Under the pieces are notes generated by a model that saw only the letters and a list, made by a program, of their open reading frames with translations, searched no databases and was not told the origin of the DNA. Positions 10,488-20,607 of a DNA stretch of 64,000 nt are shown here, in pieces. Source of the DNA: an uncultured bacterium (lineage in GTDB: Bacteria; Bacillota; Clostridia; Lachnospirales; Lachnospiraceae); contig CAMWUN010000009.1 in assembly GCA_947177425.1 (NCBI GenBank), forward strand, positions 14,254-78,253, given 5' to 3'. Numbering within the stretch: position 1 is the first letter of the stretch; each line of letters starts with the position of its first letter. A program made the translations under genes and the position numbers.

Positions 10488-13347
10488 AAATTTTAAAGAA
10501 AATTTTATAAATATGGTGACTTCAAGGGTTTTTGTGCTGATTCTTGTATTAATCGGTATCGGCGTTATTATGATTAACCGGATTTTCGACCTCCAGATTG
10601 TGCATGGGGAGGAGTATCTGGATTCCTTTCAGATGAAAATCATGAAGGAACGCACCATTAAAGGCAGCCGCGGCTGTATCTATGACAGGAACGGCAATCT
10701 GCTGGCTTATAACGAACTGGCCCATTCCGTGACCATTGAGGATGTCTATGAAAGCGGCAGGTTCAAGAATTTAAACCTCAACAACACTATCTACAGACTG
10801 ATTCAGATTATTGAGGGCAACGGCGATAATATTGTAAGTGATTTTAAGATTGTCCTTGATAAAAACGGACGTTATACTTTTACCGTGGAGGGAACCCAGC
10901 TTTACCGTTTTCTGGCGGATGTATACGGACGTCTGACCATAGAAGATTTAAAAGAGGCGGAACGCACTGCCACAGCCCAGGAGGTTGTGGACTACCTGTG
11001 CGGGTGGGACAGGTTCCGCATCGGAAATTATACGGAGGACGATCAAAAGGAAACCTTTGTCCCCGGCAATGGCTATACCAGAGAAGAAGCCCTTAAAATA
11101 CTGACTATCCGTTATGACATGAACAACAACAGCTTCCAGAAATACATTGCCACCACAGTGGCTACAGATGTCAGTGAAAAGACGGTGGCAATGGTCATGG
11201 AAAACTCTCTGGAGCTTGAGGGTGTGGCTATTGCGGAGGATACCATCCGAAAATATGTGGACAGTATTTATTTTGCCCATATTCTGGGCTACACAGGCAA
11301 AGTATCCCAGGACGAACTTGCTGACCTGTTAGAAGCCAACGGTGAGGATTCCTACGACAGCAGTGATACCGTAGGGAAACTGGGAATTGAGAAATCCATG
11401 GAGTCCTACCTCCAGGGTACCAAGGGAAGTGAGAAGATTTTCGTCAACAGTGTGGGAAAAGTGACAGAAACCACGGATTATGTGGAGCCGGTGGCAGGGA
11501 ACAATGTGTACCTTACCATCGACAAAGATTTACAGATAGCCGCCTACAGGATTTTGGAGGAGCGGCTTGCCAGTATTTTATATTCAACCATCATTAACGC
11601 CAAAGAGTTTGATACTTCCAGCGTCAGCAGCAGTAAAATCAAGATTCCTATCTATGATGTATATTTTGCGCTCATAAACAATAATGTGATTGACATAGGT
11701 CATTTTGGCGAACCCGGCGCGGCGGAGATGGAGCAGACCGTTTACAGCCAGTATTTGGAGCGTAAAAATTTTGTCTTTGACAGCCTGCGGACGGAGCTGA
11801 CCGAAACCCTTACAGCCTATGAAAATCTGGACATGGAGTATCAGATATATGAAAGTTATATTGCGGAAATGCTTTATAATAACGGGATTATCGTAAGGGA
11901 CAGAGTGGATACTTCCGACGAGACTTATATTGCATGGACTACCCAGGAGGTTATTAGTCTCAACGAATACTTAAATTACTGTATTGCCATGAACTGGATT
12001 GATGTTACCCGTCTGGAACTGGACAGCCAGTATTCGGATTCCGATGAAATCTACAGCCAGATAGTGAATTACATTTTTAAACAGCTTGAGGATGATTTGG
12101 ATTTTACCAAAAGGATTTACCGTTTCATGATTAAGAAGGATGTCATATCCGGCGCCCAGATCTGCCGGATACTGTTGGAGCAGAATCTGGTGGAAATCCC
12201 GGATGATGAGGAAGAACAGTTCCTAAAAGGCTCCGAAAGCGCCTATACCTTTATGATGAACAGGATTAAAAATCTGGATATCACCCCGGCCCAGCTTGCC
12301 CTGGATCCCCATTCGGCCTCCATGGTTATTACTGACGTCAATACCGGGGACGTGCTTGCCCTGGTTTCCTATCCGGGTTACGACAACAACAAAATGGCCA
12401 ACGGAGTCAATGCAGAATACTATTCCCAGCTTTTGAATGACCAGTCAACCCCTCTGATCAACTATGCCACCAGACAGATGACGGCTCCTGGCTCCACCTT
12501 TAAGCTGGTGACGGCCACTGCAGGGCTTATGGAAGGTATTATCAACACAAGTACCACCTTTACCTGTAACGGGGTATTTGATAAAATAGAACCGCCCCCC
12601 ACCTGCTGGATTAATCCTGGCAGGCATGGTTCCTTAAATCTGACCGCAGGCATCAGACATTCCTGTAACCCTTTCTTTTATGAACTTGCATACCGGATGG
12701 GTACGATTGGAGATACGTATTCACCTGATGCAGGGATAAAAAAACTGGGATATTATGCAGATTTATATGGTCTTACAGAAACTTCGGGCATTGAAATTGA
12801 AGAATCCATCCCGGAGGTTTCCTCCATGGACCCTGTCCGCGGCGCTATCGGGCAGGATAACAGCGCATATTCCACAGCAGGAATTGCCAGATATATCACC
12901 GCAGTAGCCAACAGCGGCACCTGCTATGACTTAACTTTGGTGGACCAGATTACAGACCACAGCGGAATACTGCTGAAAGAAGGCGGTGCAAAGGTAAGAA
13001 ATACCATAGATTTGGACACGGCAGGCTGGAACGCCATTCATCAGGGGATGCGGCAGGTAATCGAAGACAAGTCATATTATAAGGATCTGGGCATTAACAT
13101 TGCAGGAAAAACCGGTACGGCGGAAGAAAATAAGAACCGTGCCAACCATGCCCTGTTTGTCTGCTATGCGCCTTATGAACAACCGGAGATTGCCGTGGTG
13201 ACAAGAATTGCCTACGGCTACACTTCAAACTATGCAGCCCGCACCACCAAAGACGTTATCCAGTATTATTTTAATCTGGTGGACGAGGATGAACTGATTA
13301 AGGGAACAGTCGATCAGATGAATGTCAGCACGGCTGTCACAGATTAA
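10480..13347 (+). CDS. mrdA: Class B penicillin-binding protein (PBP2/MrdA-like) with large insertion; likely TTG start at 10480
   Basis: N-terminal TM anchor, RGCIYDRNG, and transpeptidase motifs STFK (SxxK), SCN and KTG. AGGAG at 10464-10468 precedes the TTG. Confidence 0.88.
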   Translation: MFENFKENFINMVTSRVFVLILVLIGIGVIMINRIFDLQIVHGEEYLDSFQMKIMKERTIKGSRGCIYDRNGNLLAYNELAHSVTIEDVYESGRFKNLNLNNTIYRLIQIIEGNGDNIVSDFKIVLDKNGRYTFTVEGTQLYRFLADVYGRLTIEDLKEAERTATAQEVVDYLCGWDRFRIGNYTEDDQKETFVPGNGYTREEALKILTIRYDMNNNSFQKYIATTVATDVSEKTVAMVMENSLELEGVAIAEDTIRKYVDSIYFAHILGYTGKVSQDELADLLEANGEDSYDSSDTVGKLGIEKSMESYLQGTKGSEKIFVNSVGKVTETTDYVEPVAGNNVYLTIDKDLQIAAYRILEERLASILYSTIINAKEFDTSSVSSSKIKIPIYDVYFALINNNVIDIGHFGEPGAAEMEQTVYSQYLERKNFVFDSLRTELTETLTAYENLDMEYQIYESYIAEMLYNNGIIVRDRVDTSDETYIAWTTQEVISLNEYLNYCIAMNWIDVTRLELDSQYSDSDEIYSQIVNYIFKQLEDDLDFTKRIYRFMIKKDVISGAQICRILLEQNLVEIPDDEEEQFLKGSESAYTFMMNRIKNLDITPAQLALDPHSASMVITDVNTGDVLALVSYPGYDNNKMANGVNAEYYSQLLNDQSTPLINYATRQMTAPGSTFKLVTATAGLMEGIINTSTTFTCNGVFDKIEPPPTCWINPGRHGSLNLTAGIRHSCNPFFYELAYRMGTIGDTYSPDAGIKKLGYYADLYGLTETSGIEIEESIPEVSSMDPVRGAIGQDNSAYSTAGIARYITAVANSGTCYDLTLVDQITDHSGILLKEGGAKVRNTIDLDTAGWNAIHQGMRQVIEDKSYYKDLGINIAGKTGTAEENKNRANHALFVCYAPYEQPEIAVVTRIAYGYTSNYAARTTKDVIQYYFNLVDEDELIKGTVDQMNVSTAVTD

Positions 13348-13369
13348 CACCTAAAAGGAGCGGTTTATT

Positions 13370-14053
13370 TTGAAAAATTCGGTCATAATTAAGAGTTTTC
13401 CCAGCGGAATCGTACTGTATCTGGATGCAGAGATGCCTTTTGACCTTCTGCTGGAGGATATTGAAGAAAAATTCAGGGAATCCAGCAGCTTTTTTAAAGA
13501 TGCACGCATGGCCCTTTCCATTAAGGGCAGGGATTTGTCGCCCCGGGAAGAACAGAAAATCATCTATGCCATCCAGAATAACTCCCAGCTTCGCATCATC
13601 TGCCTGGTAGGAGAGGATGATGAAACCAACCAGAGTTTTGTAAAGGCTTTGCAGCAGACCGACTTTTCAGGAGAATTCTCCCTGAATAATGAAGGGCATT
13701 TTTACAGAGGTACTCTGAAAAACGGTCAGGTTCTGGAAACAGAATCCAGTATTGTGATACTGGGAGATGTCTATCCCGGGTCCGCCATTATATCTGCAAG
13801 GGATGTGATTGTCCTTGGGGGACTGTACGGGGAAGCCTATGCCGGAGGAAACGGCAGTTCCGGCCACTATGTGGCAGCGCTTGAAATGTCACCTGAAAGA
13901 CTCAAAATCGGTGATTTCAAATATAAATCCAAAGACAAAATCTCTAAATGGTCCATAAAACCGAAAGTACAGCCGAAAATTGCATACGTAAAAGATAAGA
14001 AAGTAATCATTGATTCTCTTACAAAAGATTTACTGAGTGATTTGCCTGTTTAA
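13370..14053 (+). CDS. minC: Septum site-determining protein MinC
   Basis: RGTLKNGQVLE..SSIVILGDVYPG beta-helix motif; precedes minD. Confidence 0.92.
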   Translation: MKNSVIIKSFPSGIVLYLDAEMPFDLLLEDIEEKFRESSSFFKDARMALSIKGRDLSPREEQKIIYAIQNNSQLRIICLVGEDDETNQSFVKALQQTDFSGEFSLNNEGHFYRGTLKNGQVLETESSIVILGDVYPGSAIISARDVIVLGGLYGEAYAGGNGSSGHYVAALEMSPERLKIGDFKYKSKDKISKWSIKPKVQPKIAYVKDKKVIIDSLTKDLLSDLPV

Positions 14054-14121
14054 ATACGGATATTTCTCAGGAGACGATAATTCATTATATCAGCCGCCTG
14101 CGCGGCGAAACGGAGGTATGT

Positions 14122-14913
14122 ATGAGTGAAGTAATTGTCGTCACATCAGGGAAAGGCGGTGTGGGTAAGACCACCACATCTGCAAACATAGGAACAGGTC
14201 TTGCCGCTATGGGAAAACGTGTGGTGCTTATCGACACGGATATCGGCCTTCGGAATCTTGATGTAGTGATGGGATTGGAAAACAGAATTGTGTACAATCT
14301 TGTGGATGTGGTGGAAGGGAAGTGCCGTATCAAACAGGCGCTTATCAAGGACAAGCGCTACCCCAGCCTTTATCTGATGCCATCCGCCCAGACAAAAGAC
14401 AAGACCGCGGTAAATCCCGAACAGATGGTCAGAATGATTAACCAGCTTAGGGAACAGTTCGACTATATCATTCTGGACTGTCCTGCCGGAATTGAGCAGG
14501 GATTTAAAAATGCCATAGCAGGCGCCGACAGGGCGCTGGTGGTGACAACTCCCGAAGTGTCTGCAATCAGGGATGCCGACCGCATTATCGGCCTTCTGGA
14601 AGCCAATGATTTCAGCAAGATAGATCTGATTATCAACAGGCTCCGGTATGACATGGTAAAGCGCGGCGATATGATGAGTGCAGCGGATGTTGTGGATATT
14701 CTGGCTATCAGCCTGATAGGAATTGTGCCCGATGATGAAAACGTGGTCATAGCCACCAATCAGGGAGAACCTCTGGTAGGGAATAATACACTGGCAGGAA
14801 AAGCATATCAGAATATATGCTACCGGGTAACAGGAAAGGAAATCCCTTATCTTGAACTTGAGAAAGGGGTATCCTTCTGGACTAAAGTGACAGGTATTTT
14901 CCATAAAAATTAG
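14122..14913 (+). CDS. minD: Septum site-determining ATPase MinD
   Basis: SGKGGVGKTT, DIGLRNLD and DCPAGIEQG motifs. Confidence 0.97.
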   Translation: MSEVIVVTSGKGGVGKTTTSANIGTGLAAMGKRVVLIDTDIGLRNLDVVMGLENRIVYNLVDVVEGKCRIKQALIKDKRYPSLYLMPSAQTKDKTAVNPEQMVRMINQLREQFDYIILDCPAGIEQGFKNAIAGADRALVVTTPEVSAIRDADRIIGLLEANDFSKIDLIINRLRYDMVKRGDMMSAADVVDILAISLIGIVPDDENVVIATNQGEPLVGNNTLAGKAYQNICYRVTGKEIPYLELEKGVSFWTKVTGIFHKN

Positions 14914-14923
14914 GAGGTGGCAT

Positions 14924-15196
14924 ATGGGAATCAGAAATTTTTTCAGCAGAAGAAAATCAAGGGAAATTGCAAAAGACCGTTTAAAGATACTGCTTATTTC
15001 CGACAGGGTAAACTGCTCGCCGGAAATGATGGAAATGATTAAAACAGATATCGCAAAGGTTATTTCCAAGTATATGAAGATAGATACCCAGAGTATGGAA
15101 ATACAGATCAGCAAAACCGACAGTAAAGGAAGAGATAAAACGCCTACCTTATATGCCAATATCCCTATTTTAGATTTACATAAGAATGTCAACTGA
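14924..15196 (+). CDS. minE: Cell division topological specificity factor MinE
   Basis: S..IAKDRLKILLISDR motif; directly follows minD. Confidence 0.93.
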   Translation: MGIRNFFSRRKSREIAKDRLKILLISDRVNCSPEMMEMIKTDIAKVISKYMKIDTQSMEIQISKTDSKGRDKTPTLYANIPILDLHKNVN

Positions 15197-15245
15197 CCCT
15201 TTTGCTCCTTAAGGCGCGAAAGGGTCACAGGGAAGGTGAAACAAG

Positions 15246-16361
15246 ATGCTAAGACAATATAAAATACGACACTATAATTTTAAACTGGTAATCATGGTGA
15301 TTGCCTTAGCGGTCATAGGAATCGTTGCCGTAGGCAGCGCCGAGCCGTCTCTGCAGAACAGACAGATTGCCGGATTTGCTTTCGGCGTGTTTCTGATGCT
15401 GGTAATTTCGCTTTTTGACTACTCCGTGCTGCTTAACCTGTACTGGCTTATGTACCTTTTTAATATTGTACTGCTTGCCATGGTTATTTTCATGGGTGAC
15501 GATTCCAAAGGGGCACAGAGATGGCTGGAAATTGCGGGAATCCGTTTCCAGCCGTCGGAGGTAGCCAAAATACTGATTATCTTATTTTTTGCACAGTTTA
15601 TCTATAAACACAGGGAGGAACTTAATACCTTCAAATATATTGCATTGTGTGTGGTTTTGTTTGCATTTCCGGCATTTTTAGTCTATTACCAGCCTGATTT
15701 GTCCACCACTATTGTCATCTGTCTGATTTTCTGCATTATCATGTTTACTGGAGGATTAAGCTGGAAGGTAATCGGCGGTATTTTAGCAGTGGTAGTGCCT
15801 GTTTTTATGATTTTCATGTACCTGATTTTACAGCCGGACCAGAAGATCATTCCCGAAAAGCATATGTACCAGTTAAACCGTATTATCTCCTTTTTCAACA
15901 AGGAGGAGTTTTCCAATACCTTAGGATATCAGCAGGAGTATTCGGTCATGGCAATCGGATCCGGACAGCTTACAGGGAAGGGCTATAAAAATAATGAAAT
16001 CAGTTCCGTCAAAAATGCCGATTTCATTGCCGAGCAGCAGACGGATTTTATCTTTGCTGTTATTGGGGAAGAATTTGGGTTTGTGGGAGCCTGCGCAGTC
16101 ATCGTGCTGGTGCTTTTAATCAGCGTGGAGTGCCTTCTTATCGCAAGGAGAGCCAAGGATATTGCGGGAACGATTATAGCGGCGGGAATCGGATCTATGC
16201 TGGGGATACAATCCTTTATCAACATTGGCGTAGTCACATATCTGCTTCCAAACACCGGGCTTCCCCTTCCTTTTGTCAGCTACGGGCTGACATCTCTTGT
16301 GAGTTCTTTTATCGGAATTGGATTTGTTTTAAATGTGGGGTTACAATGCCGGCAAAAATGA
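15246..16361 (+). CDS. rodA: SEDS family glycosyltransferase RodA/FtsW
   Basis: GAQRW, FQPSEVAK, QPDLST, TDFIFAVIGEEFG and LPFVSYG motifs. Confidence 0.93.
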   Translation: MLRQYKIRHYNFKLVIMVIALAVIGIVAVGSAEPSLQNRQIAGFAFGVFLMLVISLFDYSVLLNLYWLMYLFNIVLLAMVIFMGDDSKGAQRWLEIAGIRFQPSEVAKILIILFFAQFIYKHREELNTFKYIALCVVLFAFPAFLVYYQPDLSTTIVICLIFCIIMFTGGLSWKVIGGILAVVVPVFMIFMYLILQPDQKIIPEKHMYQLNRIISFFNKEEFSNTLGYQQEYSVMAIGSGQLTGKGYKNNEISSVKNADFIAEQQTDFIFAVIGEEFGFVGACAVIVLVLLISVECLLIARRAKDIAGTIIAAGIGSMLGIQSFINIGVVTYLLPNTGLPLPFVSYGLTSLVSSFIGIGFVLNVGLQCRQK

Positions 16362-16445
16362 TGTATAATAGAATTAGTTTTGACCAGAAATTTTGGCTGG
16401 CAGATTTTATAGAGGAGTAACTATATAATAGCAGGAGGGGCCAAT

Positions 16446-16841
16446 ATGAATATTGCATTGATCGCACATGATGCCAAGAAAAAATTAATGCAGAATTTTT
16501 GTATCGCTTACAGGGGGATTTTAAGCAAAAACGAACTATACGCAACAGGGACTACAGGCAGACTGGTGGAAGAAGTGACAAATCTTACTATTCATAAATT
16601 CCTTGCCGGGCATCTTGGAGGAGAACAGCAGATAGGCGCGCAGATTGAACACAATCAGATGGATCTGGTCATCTTTTTAAGAGACCCTTTGACATCCAAA
16701 AATCATGAGCCTGATGTGAATAATGTAGTTAAGCTATGTGATATGTATAACATTCCGCTTGCAACCAATATTGCCACGGCGGAGTTACTGATCAAGTCCC
16801 TGGACAGAGGAGATTTAGAGTGGCGTGAAATGTACCGATAA
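16446..16841 (+). CDS. mgsA: Methylglyoxal synthase family protein
   Basis: IALIAHD, ATGTTG, GGEQQIG, DLVIFLRDP and NIPLATN motifs (variant active site, see findings). Confidence 0.88.
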   Translation: MNIALIAHDAKKKLMQNFCIAYRGILSKNELYATGTTGRLVEEVTNLTIHKFLAGHLGGEQQIGAQIEHNQMDLVIFLRDPLTSKNHEPDVNNVVKLCDMYNIPLATNIATAELLIKSLDRGDLEWREMYR

Positions 16842-17838
16842 GAATTGCAGCAGCAATAGATTTACCCTATATACCAAAAAACTATTTTCAGTTCTGCCCA
16901 TGGCCGTCCTGCTTCTTCTGACAGGCTGTGGACAGGCCCGGTTTGATATGCCGTACACGACCGATTTGGAGGTCAGCAGTTTTCGGATTGTCAACCTTGA
17001 GGAGGAGAGGGGGACAGCAGTCCCTTTTGCCTCAGAGTTGTGTGTTGTGGAATCCGATATCACTTCCAGCAGCGTGGACATGTCAAAAGCACAGGGGGCA
17101 GGTCTTTTCGACCTGAATAAACATAATACCCTTTATGCAAAGAATGTCCACGAAAGGCTTTATCCTGCCAGTCTCACCAAAATCATGACAGCTCTGGTGG
17201 CTATGAAACACGGCTCAAACGATATGATACTTACCGCGTCGGCCAATGTCAGGATTCTGGAATCCGGCGCCCAGGTCTGCGGTATTAAGGAAGGAGATAA
17301 AATGACGCTGGATCAGGCGCTGCATCTTCTGCTGATTAATTCCGCCAATGACGCTGCGGTAATGGTTGCTGAGGGAATCGCCGGGTCAGTGGAAGCTTTT
17401 GTGGCAATGATGAACGAGGAGGCTTTAGCGCTTGGCGCCACCAACACCAATTTTGTCAATCCCCACGGGCTTAACGATGAAAACCATTACACGACAGTTT
17501 ATGACATGTACCTGATTATGAATGAGGCAGTCAATTATTCCTTATTTAACGAAATTATACGCACAGATTCTTACACAACTGTCTACACAGATAAAAACGG
17601 CGCTTCCAAGGAAGTCAGCGTAAACAACACCAACCGCTATTTACAGGGAGAGGAGGTTCCGGGCGGCCTGTCGGTTCTTGGCGGGAAAACAGGTACTACC
17701 AGCGCGGCAGGACACTGCCTTTCCCTGATAACAAGGGATTCTTCCGGCAATCCGTATATTTCCATTATCATGAAAGCGGAAAGTGGGGATCTGCTTTATT
17801 CACAGATGACAGATTTATTGGAAGAAATAAATAATTAG
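16825..17838 (+). CDS. D-alanyl-D-alanine carboxypeptidase (peptidase S11), probable lipoprotein
   Basis: Lipobox LLTGC; ASLTK (SxxK), SAN, NPHGL and KTG motifs. Confidence 0.9.
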   Translation: MKCTDKNCSSNRFTLYTKKLFSVLPMAVLLLLTGCGQARFDMPYTTDLEVSSFRIVNLEEERGTAVPFASELCVVESDITSSSVDMSKAQGAGLFDLNKHNTLYAKNVHERLYPASLTKIMTALVAMKHGSNDMILTASANVRILESGAQVCGIKEGDKMTLDQALHLLLINSANDAAVMVAEGIAGSVEAFVAMMNEEALALGATNTNFVNPHGLNDENHYTTVYDMYLIMNEAVNYSLFNEIIRTDSYTTVYTDKNGASKEVSVNNTNRYLQGEEVPGGLSVLGGKTGTTSAAGHCLSLITRDSSGNPYISIIMKAESGDLLYSQMTDLLEEINN

Positions 17839-17927
17839 CAGTTGTTTTTTAATCTGTTATCACTTATAATTAGATTAGGCATAACCGAAATTTACATACA
17901 GCCAATATACTTCAGGAGGGATTACCA

Positions 17928-18347
17928 ATGGTTCAGTTTATAATTGGAAAAAAGGGAAAAGGCAAGACCAAACATTTATTAGAGAAGGTTAATACTGAGG
18001 TACAGAATGTATCCGGCAATATTGTATATCTGGATAAGAGCACAAAACACATGTACGAATTGAATAATAAAATCAGGCTGATTGACGTATCTTCTTACCT
18101 GATTACAAATCCAGATGAGTTTGCCGGTTTTGTCAGTGGTATCATTTCGCAGGATCATGATTTAGAGCAGATGTATTTCGACAGCTTTTTAAAGATTGCA
18201 TGTCTTGAAGATGGAAATATTGAGCCGGTTATCAAAAAATTAGAAAAAATCAGCGAGGCGTTTCATGTAAATTTCGTCATCAGCGTATCACTGGACGAAG
18301 ATGAACTTCCCGCTTCTGTTAAAGATAAAATTATCGTTTCTTTATAA
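17928..18347 (+). CDS. Conserved small P-loop-containing hypothetical protein
   Basis: 139 aa with an N-terminal GKKGKGKT motif; GGAGG RBS upstream. Confidence 0.75.
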   Translation: MVQFIIGKKGKGKTKHLLEKVNTEVQNVSGNIVYLDKSTKHMYELNNKIRLIDVSSYLITNPDEFAGFVSGIISQDHDLEQMYFDSFLKIACLEDGNIEPVIKKLEKISEAFHVNFVISVSLDEDELPASVKDKIIVSL

Positions 18348-18469
18348 ATACAAAAGATTTTCGTAAACTACATAAGCGTCCCCGGAGTTATCCGGGGCGT
18401 TTTCGTATGGGCTTCAATAAGCCGCCGCAAAGTATACAGTGTTTTTTGTTTGAATTTGGGAGGAAAGTC

Positions 18470-19864
18470 TTGGAAGGAAATGGCAGCAATAAGATAGTTA
18501 AATACAGAAGGCCCCTCAATATCAATATAGGAATGGTGATCTTTACGGTTATCTTTATTTATATTGTTATCTGTGTCTTTATGTATTTTACACAGAAGCA
18601 TATTGAAGGGCATCAGGTTAAGATGGGATCCTTATCCACCAATAATATCTACAAAGGCATTGCCCTTCGTGACGAGGAGATTGTCACTGCCTCCAAGGCC
18701 GGATATGTCAATTATTACAGCCGTGAAGGTGAGCGGGTAGGTGTGGGAAATCTGGTTTATACTTTAGACGAATCCGGCAGGCTGGCAGATTACATGAACG
18801 CGGAAACCGACGGCAGCACCCTCACATCCGGGGATTTAACGGAGTTAAAGAGTGAAATTCTTGGATTTACCAACAGTTTTGATCCACAGTATTTTTCTTC
18901 TGTCTACGACTTTAAATTCAACGTAAAGGGAACCGTATTAAAGCTGGCAAATGTGAGCATTCTTGAAAATATCGACAAGATAAACAGTGCCGGCCTGTCT
19001 GAACTGATTTCTTTCTGTAATGCGCCAAATACAGGGATATTGATTTATTCTGTAGATGGATATGAAGACCTGAAGCTGGAGCAGTTCACCAGCGCCCTTT
19101 TCGATACCAAAGAATATGAAAAGACCCAGCTTATCAGCAATGAACTGGTGGAAGCCGGCCAGCCGGTATATAAACTGTCCACCAACGAGGACTGGTCCAT
19201 TGTCATCCAGACGGATAAGGAAAAGGCCGATGAACTGCTGGAGAAGGAGTTTGTGAAGGTGAAATTCCTTAAAAACCAGAATACTTCATGGGGCGAGGTT
19301 TCCAGCTATACCAATGAGGAAGGCGAGATTTTCGTTGCCCTTACCTTTAATAATTCCATGGTATCCTTCTGTACAGACCGCTTTATAGACATAGAGTTGA
19401 TTTTAGAGGATGAAGCGGGGCTAAAAATTCCCAATTCATCCATTGTTGAAAAGGAATTTTTTATTGTTCCCAAGGATTATGTAACCAAAGGTGGGAACAG
19501 CAGCAGCGATGGCGTGCTCCGTGAAACCTACACGGAAGATGGAACGCCCACCACGGAATTTATCGAGACAACAATTTACAATGAAACGGAGACAGAATAT
19601 TATATTGACGATTCTGTCTTAAGAATCGGAGAGTATATCATCAAACCCGAATCAACGGAAAAGTTTGCCTTGAGCAAACGCGGGAGTCTGAAAGGAGTCT
19701 ATAATATTAATAAAGGCTATGCTGACTTTAAGCAGATTAATATTTTATATGACAATGAAGAATACTCCATTGTAAAATCCAATACCCAGTACGGCCTGAA
19801 CGTGTATGACTATATCGTACTGGATGCCACCACCGTGGCAGACGATGAACTGGTTTACAATTAA
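18470..19864 (+). CDS. HlyD/membrane-fusion-like periplasmic adaptor domain protein (TM-anchored); likely TTG start at 18470
   Basis: Single N-terminal TM helix, then GIALRDEEIV...GYVNYYSREGERV biotinyl-lipoyl-like segment and a helical hairpin. GGGAGG RBS lies before the TTG. Confidence 0.7.
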   Translation: MEGNGSNKIVKYRRPLNINIGMVIFTVIFIYIVICVFMYFTQKHIEGHQVKMGSLSTNNIYKGIALRDEEIVTASKAGYVNYYSREGERVGVGNLVYTLDESGRLADYMNAETDGSTLTSGDLTELKSEILGFTNSFDPQYFSSVYDFKFNVKGTVLKLANVSILENIDKINSAGLSELISFCNAPNTGILIYSVDGYEDLKLEQFTSALFDTKEYEKTQLISNELVEAGQPVYKLSTNEDWSIVIQTDKEKADELLEKEFVKVKFLKNQNTSWGEVSSYTNEEGEIFVALTFNNSMVSFCTDRFIDIELILEDEAGLKIPNSSIVEKEFFIVPKDYVTKGGNSSSDGVLRETYTEDGTPTTEFIETTIYNETETEYYIDDSVLRIGEYIIKPESTEKFALSKRGSLKGVYNINKGYADFKQINILYDNEEYSIVKSNTQYGLNVYDYIVLDATTVADDELVYN

Positions 19865-19898
19865 CTGCAGCAGGAAACCCATACAGGAGGCATCAACC

Positions 19899-20594
19899 AT
19901 GATAAAGGATAATCTTGCCATTGTACATCAAACTATTGAAAAAGCATGTGAAAATACGGGCAGAAACAAGGAAGAGGTTACGCTGATTGCTGTAAGCAAA
20001 ACCAAGCCAGTTTCCATGCTGATGGAAGCCTATGCATGCGGATGCAGGGATTTTGGGGAGAATAAAGTCCAGGAGCTGACTGCAAAGTATGAGGTTATGC
20101 CCAAAGATATCAGATGGCATATGATTGGGCATTTACAGACCAATAAAGTAAAATATATTGTAGATAAGGTCTGTTTCATCCATAGTGTGGATTCCTTAAA
20201 GCTTGCACAGGAAATCAGTGCCCAGGCCGTGAAAAAGCAGGTTAATGTATCCATTCTAATAGAAGTAAATATCGCACAGGAAGAAACAAAATTTGGCGTA
20301 AAATCTGCGGATGCAGAGGAACTGATACGTGAAGCGGCCCTGTTGCCAGGTATTTCCATTAAAGGGCTTATGACCATAGCGCCATACGTAGAAGATGCAG
20401 ATGAGAACAGGCAATATTTTAAACAGCTAAAACAATTAGCTGTTGACATAAGTAATAAAAACATTGATAATGTTAGTATGAATGTTCTGTCCATGGGGAT
20501 GACAGGAGATTATATGACTGCCATAGAAGAGGGCGCATCCTGCGTCCGGGTGGGAACAGGCATCTTTGGGGAACGACAATATCTGGTTAAATGA
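19899..20594 (+). CDS. yggS: YggS family pyridoxal phosphate homeostasis protein
   Basis: LIAVSKTKP, FGENKVQE, HMIGHLQTNK, SMGMT and VRVGTGIFG motifs; AGGAGG RBS before ATG 19899. Confidence 0.96.
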   Translation: MIKDNLAIVHQTIEKACENTGRNKEEVTLIAVSKTKPVSMLMEAYACGCRDFGENKVQELTAKYEVMPKDIRWHMIGHLQTNKVKYIVDKVCFIHSVDSLKLAQEISAQAVKKQVNVSILIEVNIAQEETKFGVKSADAEELIREAALLPGISIKGLMTIAPYVEDADENRQYFKQLKQLAVDISNKNIDNVSMNVLSMGMTGDYMTAIEEGASCVRVGTGIFGERQYLVK

Positions 20595-20607
20595 GGAGCG
20601 TTTTATA

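Noticed and set aside
14146-15228. 360-aa ORF on the - strand
   Set aside because: It is the antisense shadow of minD/minE with no recognisable motifs.
17928-18347. PilT/twitching-motility label for the small P-loop protein
   Set aside because: At 139 aa it is far too short for a PilT ATPase, and no pilus genes are nearby.
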